Positions 26,076 to 37,501 of a DNA stretch of 38,649 nt are shown here, piece after piece (the first letter of the stretch is position 1; each line of letters opens with the position of its first letter). Below the pieces are notes generated by a model. That model was not told where the DNA came from. It saw only the letters and a list, made by a program, of their open reading frames with translations, and ran no database searches. The translations under genes and the position numbers were made by a program. This DNA is from Octopus bimaculoides. Its lineage: Eukaryota. The stretch is from NCBI RefSeq assembly GCF_001194135.2, contig NC_069003.1:34716123-34754771 (forward strand), read 5' to 3'.

Positions 26076-26100
26076 CATTATTATTATTATTATTATTATT
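25906..26100 (+). mobile_element. SINE family A (5' end in gap) with long (ATT)n tail
   Basis: tttcatcctttcggggtcgataaaataagtaccagttg...ggggtcgatgtaatcgactta, then (ATT)n from about 26020 to 26100. Confidence 0.9.
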
Positions 26101-26735
26101 ACGTCCTTTTTTCTTTGTCTGTTTCTTTCGATTGTAAAACCATCAACGGTAATCTCCGCGTGTAAAAATCAGAGATCAGAAAATCGTGAAGATATTAATT
26201 AAAGACAGTTGTCAGACAAGTAGTTTCCGAATTCTAACACGATGTTAGTGTTTTCTATCACGACTGTCCAATGTGACAGCTACTTCTGTTTGTGTCTGGA
26301 AAGGAGTGGGTTTAATAACAAGATTACCAACAACAACAACACTGTTTCACACAAGTGAAACGTCTCGGTCGGACGTTTGTGGTTCGCAGTCAATGTCTGA
26401 AGTTATTATGAGACCAATAGAGATGACTGCAGCGGTGTAGCCGCAGATTTTGGGCTCCGGTTCAAATCTTGGTTGGGTTCCACTCATTAGATTCCGTCGA
26501 ACGTTTTGGCAACGAGAGATAATATTATCGATGGTGAAGGAGAGAAAGAGAGAGACTGAGGTGGATCTGTGCAACTCGGATGGAATAAATCCATTCTTGT
26601 TCCAATGCACCCGTTTATTATTTTTTTCTCGCTGGTGTGTATATCTTCAATCAGCAAAATATACACACATTTGTATCTATGTATCACTCACTCTTTCTCT
26701 CTCTGTATAACCGTATACATACATATATACATATA

Positions 26736-26774
<39 letters not shown>

Positions 26775-27107
26775 AATACACACACATTCTTTCTCTCTCT
26801 CTCTCACACGCACACACACACGCACATTCCCCTTTTAGCCCTGTATTTATAAGCTTGATAAGATATATAGCAATCATATACTTGACAGTCTGTAATTTAT
26901 TCGTCCTTGTTCCCTCTTCGTTGAGCTAAAGATAGAATTGGTTATATTTTTACAATATAGTAAATATTCTAACAATTTTTTATGCAATTCCTTATAATAG
27001 TTAAATACGAAAATATACGTTTTTTAAACATCAAATGGCTATGAAGGGCCATCAGAATAGAATAGGAAGCACAGGGGTTCTCGAGCAAAACATGGTTGAG
27101 AACCTCT

Positions 27108-27395
27108 GATCCAAATGGATGCAGCGAAACAGAATTTCACTTCAAGATTTCGATATCTGAATGAGAAAGAGCTTCGGGAGCAGAAAATGGTAATATTCTG
27201 ATCAAAGACCACAACACAATACAGCAACGAACACCATGGTAAATGGGGAAAAATTGGACAGCTTTAAAGAGATTGGATTTACTTTGACCAACAACGGCAA
27301 CTAAATTAAAGGAGATATTCGTAAGTCTCAGACTGGCTTCGTCTATTGTGACGAAAATGGACGTCAGATGGGAAAACTGTTCCATCAGTTTCTCA
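27108..27395 (+). mobile_element. Decayed RTE-type LINE reverse transcriptase fragment
   Basis: Across frameshifts and stops it reads GCSETEFH...MVNGEKLDSFKEIGFTLTNNGN*IK...VSLRLASSIVTKMDVRWENCSISFST, resembling the post-FADD region of RTE RTs (NGE.LE.VDSFKYLGS.I..DG...EI..R...A...L..IW....IS..TK). Confidence 0.55.
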
Positions 27396-27427
27396 ACACA
27401 CACATACACACACACACNNNNNNNNNN

Positions 27428-27487
<60 letters not shown>

Positions 27488-27751
27488 GTGTAGATACACA
27501 CTTAAGCATGTATGCATAAATACGCGGATACAAGCACATACACACGCATGCATACATATGTATATAAGCACACATACACATTTACAGACATGCATACATA
27601 TCCACACAGACATAGAGGCCTACGCATATACAATACACAGGTACGCACCTGCATATATTATATATACATATACATCTATACATACCCCACCACACAGATA
27701 CATAGATGTTATCGCAATTTTAAAGTCTACTTTTCTTTCTCTCTCATCGAT

Positions 27752-27841
<90 letters not shown>

Positions 27842-28219
27842 ACACACACTCACTCTCTCTCTCGTTCGCACATTAATTCTCAAACGCTGAAAGTAATTGG
27901 TGTGTTTTGGCAAAGAACCAACCCAAACGTTATATTTCATTAGTCAGCCATGTTGGTTTTTCAGCACTTTCTCCAATTTATAACCACCAAATTCTCACTC
28001 GTAGTTCTGGATTATTTTAGCGGCAGCTGAAGCTGTTCTCCGAGCTGTAGATTAACTCCGTTGTGGTTAAATCGACTCTTGTGGCAGTAGATTAACTTAG
28101 TTGAGACCGAAGCTGGTCTCGTAGCTGTAGGTCTCGTAGCTGTAGCTGTTTCTTCTACTCATTATGGGCACTTTCCTAAGAGCCATTTCTGGTTATATAT
28201 ATATGTACACACACTCACG

Positions 28220-28256
<37 letters not shown>

Positions 28257-28259
<3 letters not shown>

Positions 28260-28350
28260 CGACGGGCTTCTTTCAGTTTCCGTTTACCAAATCCACTCAC
28301 AAGACTTTGGTCGGCACGGGGCTTTGGTAGAAGACACTTGCCCGAGGTGC
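28257..28350 (-). mobile_element. SINE family B fragment
   Basis: cgacgggcttctttcagtttccgtttaccaaatccactcacaagactttggtcggc...gtagaagacacttgccc is the reverse complement of 22022-22108. Confidence 0.85.
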
Positions 28351-28374
28351 TGAAGCTGGTCGGTCGGCAAGTCT

Positions 28375-28491
28375 ACTTTTATTTATCGACCCCAGAAAGT
28401 TTGAAAGGCCAAGTTGACCTTGGCGAGATTTGAACCGAATACGCCAACACCTGTTGACCGATGCTCTACCGAGTCGGCCAATTCGCTGCCG
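28375..28491 (-). mobile_element. SINE family A, diverged fragment
   Basis: atttatcgacccc-gaaag..tgaaaggccaagttgaccttggcgagatttgaac. Confidence 0.75.
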
Positions 28492-28994
28492 TAGTTAGCG
28501 TATCTCTGATTTATTCTTCACACTCCACTGTGGTTGTTTATTAATTATGGAAGTCTTATTCCAATGTTGTGTGTAATTACTTTTCAAGTCCCAGTTATGT
28601 TCAACTGTTCCAGACATCACTAATTATCCGCTCGTTAATTGCATAAATTATTTATACAGCTCTCCTATATACACCCTACGTCGATGCGTGTTTATATATT
28701 CACCTCTGCACATTGTTATATATTCAAAGTGTCAGGAAATCGTCTTAACAGTTGATTTGGTTCAAGAACTAAGATCATCTTGGAGAACCTGGAATTAAGC
28801 TATAATCTATAATCTGTTAATCTATAGGATTATTCCTAGCTTCGTATTTCGTTGCGGGGGTTGTTTCACTTCGCCATATAGATTTGTTATGATTTAATTA
28901 AAACTTTGTACAACATATGTATGTATGTATGCATGCATATATATTTACATGAATGCATGCCTATATATATATATACTGAGCATAAAAAACAAAC

Positions 28995-29026
<32 letters not shown>

Positions 29027-29218
29027 GTTTGTTTTCTATGTTCAGTTATAATAAAAAACGATTTTACATTAATCTGGGGATTAACCTATAATTTTGTAGA
29101 GTAACATTTTTCTTTTTAATTCTGAAACAAGAATATTATTGACAGTGACTTCGATGTTTCAACCAGCTAAGGATTCGTCGGAACTTCGAGGTTACGGTCA
29201 AAGCTATTCTCGTTAAAT

Positions 29219-29262
<44 letters not shown>

Positions 29263-29271
29263 ACGCGCGCG

Positions 29272-29360
29272 AAGGCGCATGCCTCAGTGGTTAGAGCGTA
29301 GGGCTCATAATCTTGAAGTAGTGAGTTCGATTCCCGGACCGGGCTGTGTTTTGTGTTCTT
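29272..29360 (+). mobile_element. tRNA-derived SINE head (Met-like, CAT in loop)
   Basis: gaaggcgcatgcctcagtggttagagcg...ggctcataatc...gagttcgattcccggaccggg has A and B boxes and continues into SINE-like tgtgttct sequence. Confidence 0.7.
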
Positions 29361-29532
29361 GTTTCTCTTTTCTTCACTGTCAGATTCTTCAACAATATAT
29401 GTAATATCATGTTCCGGTGGGTAAAGAGTAAAATTGCTGACCGGAGACTATAACGGTGTGACGGTCATACAAGTACCTGAAGCATTTCGTGAGAGCATCG
29501 CACATGTTCCTAAAATCATACTCACTTGCAAG

Positions 29533-29660
29533 TGTTTTATCGACTCCGAAAAGACCAAAAGGTGAATTTGACCTCGGCGGGATTTGAAATCAGAAAGTAA
29601 AGAAACGGAACAGTCATATCGTAATACAATTTTGTCCGACGCTCTATCAGTTCTGCCAAA
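29533..29660 (-). mobile_element. SINE family A, diverged
   Basis: ttttatcgactccgaaa...aaaggtgaatttgacctcggcgggatttgaa-tcagaa...ttctgccaa. Confidence 0.7.
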
Positions 29661-30075
29661 TTTCATACTGGAATACACATTGACGAATATTCCAGTTAAA
29701 GAAAAAATTCTGAGAATGCCTTAATAGTATTTATCAAACTATAAATTATTATATTCTAGAACATGCTTATGTCTCCCTTTCACACACACGCGCGCGCCCA
29801 ATATTAAGTCTGTTTTGTTTTCATTTGTACTTATAGTAAGCGAAATGATTGACGTATATACAGTTTGTGCCATAATTGTTTAAATCTGCGTAATTCTTTA
29901 GATTTTTCAGTTGGATTCTTAACAATGTTGAAATTAACTCTATTTTGCTGTCAGCTATTAAAAGTCTATCGTGGTTTTGTCAGATAAAATTAAAATTATG
30001 TCAAGTCTAATATCCGTTATCTGTGGTTCATGTAATCGTCGAATTGTCATTTCCTATCAAGTGTGGTTTCGTGAA

Positions 30076-30111
<36 letters not shown>

Positions 30112-30126
30112 CGTATACATAATTAT

Positions 30127-30182
<56 letters not shown>

Positions 30183-30269
30183 TGCTTATGGTCACTTTAT
30201 TGTGGCTGTCCTCTAAGAGACGACGATACTACCATTTAACCCCAGGAAGACATCTCCTTCAGCTGGTCA

Positions 30270-30621
30270 GCTCAAGGCTGTAGCAGAAGACACTTGCCCG
30301 AGGTGCCATGCAGTGGGATTGAACCCGGAACCATGTGGTTGAGAAGCAAGCTTCTTATTTCTTTATTGCCTAGAAGGGGCTAAACATAGAGGGGACAAAC
30401 AAGGACAGACAAAGGGATTAAGTCGATTACATCGACCCCAGTGCGTAACTGCTACTTAATTTATCGACCCCGAAAGGATGAAAGGCAAAGTCGACCTCGG
30501 CGGAATTTGAACTCAGAACGTAACGGTAGACGAAATACCGCTAAGCATTTCGCCCGGCGTGCTAACGATTCTACCAGCTCGCTGCCTTGTGTGGCAAGCT
30601 TCTTACCACACAACCACGCCT
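30270..30621 (-). mobile_element. SINE B 5' part interrupted by a family A insertion
   Basis: gaagacacttgcccgaggtgccatgcagtgggattgaacccggaaccatgtggttgagaagcaagcttctta [insert] gcaagcttcttaccacacaaccacgcctg. Confidence 0.85.
30358..30588 (-). mobile_element. SINE family A, full length and little diverged, with 12-bp flanking direct repeat
   Basis: Complete head to tail; gcaagcttctta occurs at both 30346-30357 and 30594-30605. Confidence 0.92.
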
Positions 30622-31159
30622 GTATATACAACTATTTACTCCCTGTTTTGCTCGTGAGCTGGGGTGAAGGGTTAGGGTTAGACACAGGGGATCAGGTCCG
30701 AGACGGCTAAGTTCGTTCTTCAGATCGTTTCTGTCTCTCAGTCTTGTACTCCAGACTACATAACGTTAAGGGACAGCGTGAGAGCTTGAGCAAGATCTTT
30801 CCAGATAGACTGCTCGAAAAATGTACACCTTTTTAGTCAAGCTTGTCTTGAGAGTGTCTTTGTATCTCCTTTTTTGGAGAGTGATAGCCAACTGCTAATT
30901 TACCAAACAAAATCTAGCAAAACAGGTAGGAAACCGGGCATGCGCGCTACCTGTCCGCTCCACAGCAGTTGCAATTTAATTAAGAAAGCATTCATGCTCC
31001 ACATATTGCTTTTCCTTTGTTCGTTTATATCTTTGCAAATTTTTAGCATTTATTTTCTTCTTAACCAACTGGAAATTATCTCTTATAAATATTTCTCCAT
31101 GCCGTTCAGAGGGAGTGGGGGGGTTTTATTCCAACTGAGAATGGGACTAATTTCAAACC

Positions 31160-31460
31160 ACCTCCTCCTCCTCCTTTTTCTTCTTTCTTCTTCGCCTCGC
31201 ACCCTTCCTACTGCCCCACCTCCTGCTCCACCTCCTGCTCCACCCCTCCTCCTCCACCTTTCTTCTTCTTCTTCTTCGTCTTTTTCTTCTTCGCCTCGTT
31301 CCCTCTTTCTCCTCCTCCTCCTCCTTTCTTCTTCTTCGCCTCGTTCCCTACTCCTACCCTCTTCTTCTTCTTCTTCTTCTTCTTCTTCTTCTTCTTCTTC
31401 TTCTTCTTCTTCTTCTTCTTCTTCTTCTTCTTCTTCTTCTTCTTCTTCTTCTTCCTCTTT
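31160..31460. repeat. (CCT)n/(CTT)n repeat
   Basis: Directly visible long (TTC)n at about 31361-31454. Confidence 0.95.
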
Positions 31461-31907
31461 CCTATTGCACTGGTGTTGTTGTTGTTTTCCTGTTGCTATT
31501 CAGTGATGTAAGATCACTGGAGATGCTGCATAAACAGCATTCCGTCATAGAGGAAAGAGGTCAAGGGTTTGTCCCTATCCAGCCGAACTCCTCTGTTGTT
31601 AGCATGATGTTAACCAATATATTTTGAGCTGCTGTAATTAAAAGAGCATTGCTAAAGAAAGAACCAGGTTCCAACTTCCAGAGTGTCTTGCTAAATTGCT
31701 TGTAAATTCTATAAATATCCAGATCGATTAAAATCTAAGATTTCTGCAGAACGACCATTCCATGTCAGATAAGAAATATAACCGCCTTTGCTGAAGAAAG
31801 AGCATCGCGTCTGGTGTTGAAAGGTGGAGGTTTGAGAATGAATGAAAGAAATGGGGGGGGGAGAAGAGAGATAGAATGAAAGGAAAGAAGGAATGAAATG
31901 ATGAGAG

Positions 31908-31947
<40 letters not shown>

Positions 31948-32094
31948 TCGAAAGGATGTAAGAGGTAACAGAGATGGAAAGAGAGAGGAAAAAGAAGGAA
32001 AGGAGAGAGAGTGAGAGTGAGAATGAGAGAGAGAGAGAGAGAGGGTCGAAAGGAGTAAGAGGAAACAGAGAATAAAAGAGGAAAGGCGAGAGAG

Positions 32095-32128
<34 letters not shown>

Positions 32129-32239
32129 TACGTAGAGAATAAAACAAAGACAGAGAGAACTAAGGAAAGAGTAGATGTGCGTGTGAAGGAATGTGTGTGA
32201 GTGAATGTATATAAATGTGTGAGTGTGTGTATGTGTATA

Positions 32240-32271
<32 letters not shown>

Positions 32272-32494
32272 AGAGGGAGATTTTTTGAAGAGAAATACGA
32301 TTAGATTTCGTTTAATTCCGAAGAAGGTTGAGGTCTCCGACTGTGTCTTTCATGCATGGTTGATGTCGTTGTCGCCGTGGTTCAGTTTCAGATTGCTATT
32401 ACCATCTTAACTTTTGTCGAAACATCGTCTTAGGTCTGTTATCAGCCCTACTATTCATAAGGCCTGTGTGTATAAGTAAACGAGATTATAACAC

Positions 32495-32690
32495 TCACCC
32501 CCGGATGAGACGCTAGTCCGTTCCAAGCTTTACTTCCCAGTTGCTGGTAGAAACTGTTTACTTGTGAATGGAAAAGAGCAACGTAAAAAGGAGATGTTTT
32601 GCTCAAGAATACAACGTACCACCACGAAAATCGAAACCACGATCTTACATTCACAAATGCAACGGCTTAACCATGGGCCACACGCCTTCA
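32495..32690 (-). mobile_element. SINE family D, diverged
   Basis: gagcaacgtaaaa...gttttgctcaagaatacaacg...aatcgaaaccacgatctta...cttaacca-tgggccacacgccttc (tRNA-like head on the minus strand). Confidence 0.7.
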
Positions 32691-33371
32691 CCTATTCAAA
32701 CATATAAATACATTATTTGATGCATGTTTCGGTTGGGAGTATCGTGTCATTTGAGGAAGGTTAAACTCATTTTTAGCAAATCGAGGGACAACACAGAAAG
32801 CTCCACATCCCCATCAATGTTATAGAGTTGTTTGATAAATTTTATGATATATTCTACAATCATGAAATAGGTTTATTTTGTAAACAGTAATGGCGGATTC
32901 TATGGCGTATTTTACGATCGAAAGAGAAATCATTTTATTTTCCTCTCTCGTGAATTTACACGATCAGCGATTTCATGTTTCACTGTTGTTACCTCCAACC
33001 GTTTCTTGTTCCCTTTTTTTTTTGTGTGTGAGTATGTGTTTGTAGAATTATTTGTCGAATTGTCTGTGTGCGCGTGTGTGTGTGTATGTGTGTATGTATA
33101 TACAGGCGTGCGCAAAAGTAGGTATACAGTTCCTTAACTTGAGTGAGTGTTCACTCTTATGAAAAGAGCATTCCACTCATATTAAGTAATTGTATACCTA
33201 CTATTGCCCACATTTGTTTGTATGTACGTGGTACGTACGTACGTGCGTATGTATGTATGTATGTACGTATGTATCTATGTATGTATGTATGTATGTATGT
33301 ACGTACGTATGTATATATGTATGCATGTATGTATGTATGTATCTATGTATGTGTCCGTGTATATTTGTCTA

Positions 33372-33626
33372 TGTGGAGGTGCAATGGTTAAGTTGTTAGG
33401 GTAGGGGACTCGCGGTCATAGGATCTCGGTTTCGATTCCCAGACCGGGCGTTGTGAGTGTTTATTGAGCGAAAACATTTAAATCTCCACGAGGCTCCGGC
33501 TGGAGGTAGTGGCGAACCCTGCTGTACTCTTTCACCACAACTTTCTCTCACTCTTTCTTCCTGTTTCTGTTGTACCTGTAATTCAAAGGGGCCAGCCTTG
33601 TCACACTGTGTGTCACGGTGAATCTC
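33372..33626 (+). mobile_element. SINE family C, 3'-truncated
   Basis: Colinear with the reverse complement of 12775-13027. Confidence 0.9.
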
Positions 33627-34011
33627 AGCCTCTCTGTGTGCGTGTTTCATCAAAGATGCACCTTTTGGCGAGAAAACCGATAAATCGTTGAATTCAAACC
33701 AGATTTACCTTAGACCATTTATTCCGCTTGGTTGACATGTCTCAAACACTGGTCAGTCATTCTACCGGAAATACAATGCACAATGACAACAAACGGCGCT
33801 AATGTTCACCAAAAGCTTCCTATAAAAATAACAACACTAAAGATATTTGACAGAAGCTGTTAGCACTTGTTGCAACTATTGCAGCGACTGCACTTTGTGA
33901 TTCTGCTACCGCCGCTGCTGCTGCTGCTGCCGCTGTTGTTGTTGTTATTTGGTTATAACAAATTAAACTGCATGTATGATCGATTAGTGATGTCTTTCGT
34001 TATATTTGCAG

Positions 34012-34115
34012 TGTTGAAAGGTGAAAAGAAACTACACGAGGCCGCTCGACAGAATAACCTAGCGAAGGCCAGAAGGTTGCTTATTGAGAAGGTTGATGTG
34101 GATTGTAAAAATAAT
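34012..34115 (+). CDS. ANKDD1-like: Internal coding exon of an ANKDD1-like (ankyrin repeat and death domain-containing) gene; first ankyrin repeat
   Basis: Acceptor ttatatttgcag|TG (AG at 34010-34011) and donor AAT|gtaagt (34116-34121). The 104 nt run phase 1 to phase 0 and encode (V)[34 protein letters not shown]. From memory this aligns without gaps to human ANKDD1A [35 protein letters not shown] (shared LHEAARQNN) and ANKDD1B [35 protein letters not shown]. Confidence in the ankyrin exon is high; the family name needs BLAST confirmation. Confidence 0.85.
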
Positions 34116-34164
34116 GTAAGTACATTGTCGTCATCGTCGTCATCGTTGTTGTTGTTGTTTGTAA

Positions 34165-34198
<34 letters not shown>

Positions 34199-34734
34199 CC
34201 TACAGACACTGCTGCTGCTGTTATTACTGTTGTTGTTGTTGTTGTTGTTACGGTCCCGTCTTCTGTTATTTTCATCAATACTACTATTGTCAAATCGATC
34301 CCCGATGGTTATATTATCATTGTTGTCATTAATGTTGTTACTGGTGTTGTTGTTGCTTGCAATAGTTTTGCTGCTGACAGTGCTGCTGCAGCTGCAGCTG
34401 TTGTTGTTGCTGTTGTTATTGTTGTCATCATCCCCTTGTTTGTTATTGTCATCGATACTATCGTCGTTGAATCTTTCCCTATGGCATTGTAATCCGGGAT
34501 TTTTGCGTGGAGTCTACCCCGGATTACCCGAAGTGGACTGCCCCGCCATTGGGGATTCTATTTATTTATTTATTTATTTATTATTTATTTCCTTAATTTC
34601 TATTATATATCTTCTGTCATATCTCTTAATGTGGTAATATCTCCCTTTGATCGATGTAAACCCCACCTGTTTTTGTTTTTGTTTTTTTTGTATTTTTTTA
34701 TTTTTGCTTTGTTTTTGTGTGCTGTAACTCGTCC

Positions 34735-34780
34735 TTTGATAGTGTCCTCTATGTGTTGGGTCCTTGTGGCCAATAAAAGA
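34735..34780 (+). mobile_element. SINE family A 3' end remnant followed by (ATT)n
   Basis: tgtcctctatgtgttgggtccttgtggccaataaaagaa resembles the reverse complement of 30358-30400. Confidence 0.5.
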
Positions 34781-34783
34781 ACC

Positions 34784-34852
<69 letters not shown>

Positions 34853-35044
34853 CTTGGTTTGGCTCAGGTTCGGTCTTATTCCTGATAGGATTTATATGGC
34901 TAGCGGGTTACTGTGCTTAGAACCCTGCTGATAATCCTTGCTGTCCCTAAGAGACAAACTCTCTGTAGGAGCTCTACCAGGCATTCTATTTCAATCTCCT
35001 TCAGCTATTTATCTATATTTTGGTTTACTGTTCCCAACGCACCA

Positions 35045-35046
<2 letters not shown>
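34853..35046 (-). mobile_element. 5'-truncated R4/Dong-clade LINE 3' end within (ATT)n
   Basis: The minus strand reads IIGALGTVNQNIDK*LKEIEIECLVELLQRVCLLGTARIISRVLSTVTR*, then a short 3' UTR. (ATT)n flanks both sides (34782-34852 and 35045-35086). Confidence 0.8.
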
Positions 35047-35086
<40 letters not shown>

Positions 35087-35088
<2 letters not shown>

Positions 35089-35310
35089 GGCGGGGAGCTG
35101 ACAGAATCGTTAGCACGCTGGGCAAAGTGCTTAGCGGCATTTCGTCCGTCCTCGCGTTCTGAGTTCAAATTCTGCCGAAGTCGACTTTGCCTTTCATCCT
35201 ATCGGGGTCGATAAAACAAGCACCAATGAAGCCATGGGATCGGGTGTAATCGACTAGTCCCATCCGTTAAAAATTTCAGGTATTGTGCCTATATGTGTAA
35301 GAATTATTAT
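35087..35310 (+). mobile_element. SINE family A, full length
   Basis: aaggcggggagctgacagaatcgttagcacgc...gttctgagttcaaattctgccgaagtcgactttgcctttcatcc...gtcgataaa. Confidence 0.9.
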
Positions 35311-35329
35311 AACTGCTGTTGTTATAGTG

Positions 35330-35850
35330 CAGCGGTCCTCAATCATTTTTGCACCCCAGATGGTTTCATGCAAGACGATATTTAAACGACTCGAGGGACC
35401 ACTCACATAAGAAAACAGTAAAGTGTATAGTATATTGTTTAATTCTTGCATATATGAAGGGGGCGAGCTAGCAGAACCTTTAGCACGTCAAACGAAATGC
35501 TGCAAAGCATTTTGTCCGGACGAAATGCTTAACAGCATGCCATGCGTCTTTACTTTCAGAGGATAAATTCCGTCGAAATCATCCTTGCCTGTCATCCTTT
35601 TAGAATCAATAAATTAAGTACTAGTTGAGTAATGGGCTCGGTATGATCAACTAGCCCCTCCCCTCCAAAATCCAGGCTTTGCGCCTATAGCAAAATAGAT
35701 TATTACGCATATAATATATATATATATATATATATGACTGCAATAGTCAACAAAATAGAAATTAAATTTAAAAAGTGTATTCTTTGTGTGTGACCCCATA
35801 CCAAATGATCCACGGCCCGCTACTCGCCCCGTGGTCCGTTGGTGAAGGAC
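35330..35850. mobile_element. Probable hAT (Charlie/MER1-like) MITE remnant with an internal SINE
   Basis: Left end cagcggtcctcaatcatttttgcaccccagatggtttcatgcaagacgatattt and right end tccacggcccgctactcgccccgtggtccgttggtgaaggac resemble the two ends of MER1-type hAT elements (recalled, not searched). Confidence 0.45.
35457..35705 (+). mobile_element. SINE family A, diverged
   Basis: aagggggcgagctagcagaac...gaaatgcttaac...tcatcctttt...aataaattaagtactag...caggctttgcgcctatag...attatta. Confidence 0.8.
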
Positions 35851-36182
35851 GTTGATGTTGATGTTGTCAAAGTTCGTTGATGTTATTATTGTTGTTGTTG
35901 TTGTTGTTATGGTCGTCGTTGTTGTTGTTGTTGTTGTGGACGGTGAGGCCCGGATGTCAAAGGTATTGGTGGTGTTGTTGGTGTTCTTATTGCTCACATC
36001 GTTTTTGCTGTTGTTGTTGTTGGTACCGTTACTGCAATTGTTATTGTTATTCATACTATTGTTGTTGTTGTTGTCATTACCGCTGTTTTCACTGAGCTGT
36101 CCATCTTGTTGATATTAATGCAGTTGCTATCGTGGTTATAGTTGTTGTTGTTGTCGTCACTATTCAATGACTTTCCCAAAAC

Positions 36183-36222
<40 letters not shown>

Positions 36223-36441
36223 TGTTGTTGTTGTTGCTGTTGTTGTTCAGACTGTCAGCCGTCCCGATCCAAGCTTAGGCAAGTTCGGATCCGGAGTTTG
36301 GTTTCCGTCTGGGTGAAAGTGGTGCGTGGAAGAGTAACGTGGTGGGTGGAAAATGATTTCGGTGGGGCCCCGGATATATTCAACTACGGATTAACCCTGG
36401 GTCCCTAAAACACGATATTGGCCATCACTGAATCCTGCATA

Positions 36442-36685
36442 TCTTTTATCTTTTACTTCTTACTTGTTTGAGTCATCGGTCTGCGGCCATGTTACAGCAC
36501 TGCCTTCAAAGGTTTTAGTCTAACAGATCAAAATCTAGTACTTTTAAGTTTGGTGCTTATTCTATTGGTCGCTTTTGCCGAACTGTTAGGTTATGGGAAT
36601 AAAAACATACAAGGTGTCGTACGGTGGGGATGAACCCGAAACCATGCAGTTACAAAGAGAGCTTCTGAACTACACAGCCACGCCT
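36442..36685 (-). mobile_element. SINE family B, diverged and internally deleted
   Basis: tcttttacttcttacttgtttgagtcat...tgcggccatgttacagcactgcctt...cttattctattggtcgcttttgccgaac...gaacccgaaaccatg...cacagccacgcct. Confidence 0.8.
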
Positions 36686-37501
36686 AACAACCAATAATTA
36701 TAGTGAAAACATTGATTATGATAACCATTAAGCAATGAGATTTAATGTCGGATGTTGTTTGAACGTAATTATATTTACGCCATGTAGATCCTCGTGTTTG
36801 AGAATGGACTTGAAAAGTTCTAGTTTAAACAGCAATTTATTGCATGCATTCTTTTAGTATAAACGAAAGAGGAATTGGATAGAAATGTTTGTACTGTGCA
36901 TTGGATTGGTGCCCAATTCAAGAGTTTGCATTGTTTTTGTTTTTTTCATACCAAAGATTGTTGCAAACCTTTCAGATATAAATCACTGCATTTCCTCTGC
37001 GTTCTTTTCTCCTAAAGCCCTCCCCCCAGTTTGTTCAAATGTTGCTCCAGAGACAATCTTTCTTGTGCATGATCTCTGTATTACTCCTCGTTCATAAATA
37101 AGTTTAACACTCTGAGGAATTCAATATCTGCGAGCAATAATCAAGAATAATCAAGTCTTATTATTCTATTGTTCTAAATATTCTCAGTCATATTGCCAAT
37201 CGTCTGCACATTATTGCTATTGTTGTAATGTATGCATTAAATGTTGCATCATTATTATTCATTATATCACTCAGATCGTGAACGAATTCTAAAACCGGGA
37301 TAGCAATCTGTCATGGCAGCCCTGTGCATAACGATGAAGAATTTCCGAAATTAAATGAAGAATTCTTGAAATTCTTCCAGCATTGAATTAAAAGTTATTT
37401 TCACCATCTCGCCAAATTCTTGGGACTTGCGATTTTCTTTTCTTCGTAGATTTTATGCATCCATACAACTATTGAATTGTTTCTATCGTTTTCATGTGCT
37501 A

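Noticed and set aside
29275-29345. tRNA-Met-like gene
   Set aside because: The acceptor stem does not pair and the sequence runs into SINE-like body sequence, so it is treated as a SINE head. The same applies to the heads at 6139, 21943, 24494 and 33372.
30669-30681. Interstitial telomeric TTAGGG
   Set aside because: Only about two units, which is expected by chance.
34021-34021. Alternative acceptor aaag|gtgaaa for exon 2
   Set aside because: The upstream tttgcag has a better pyrimidine tract and gives the length that aligns with ANKDD1A/B.
33867-34637. 256-aa ORF as a single-exon gene
   Set aside because: Only the splice-bounded 34012-34115 segment is protein-like; the flanks are (CTG/TTG/GTA)n intronic repeats.
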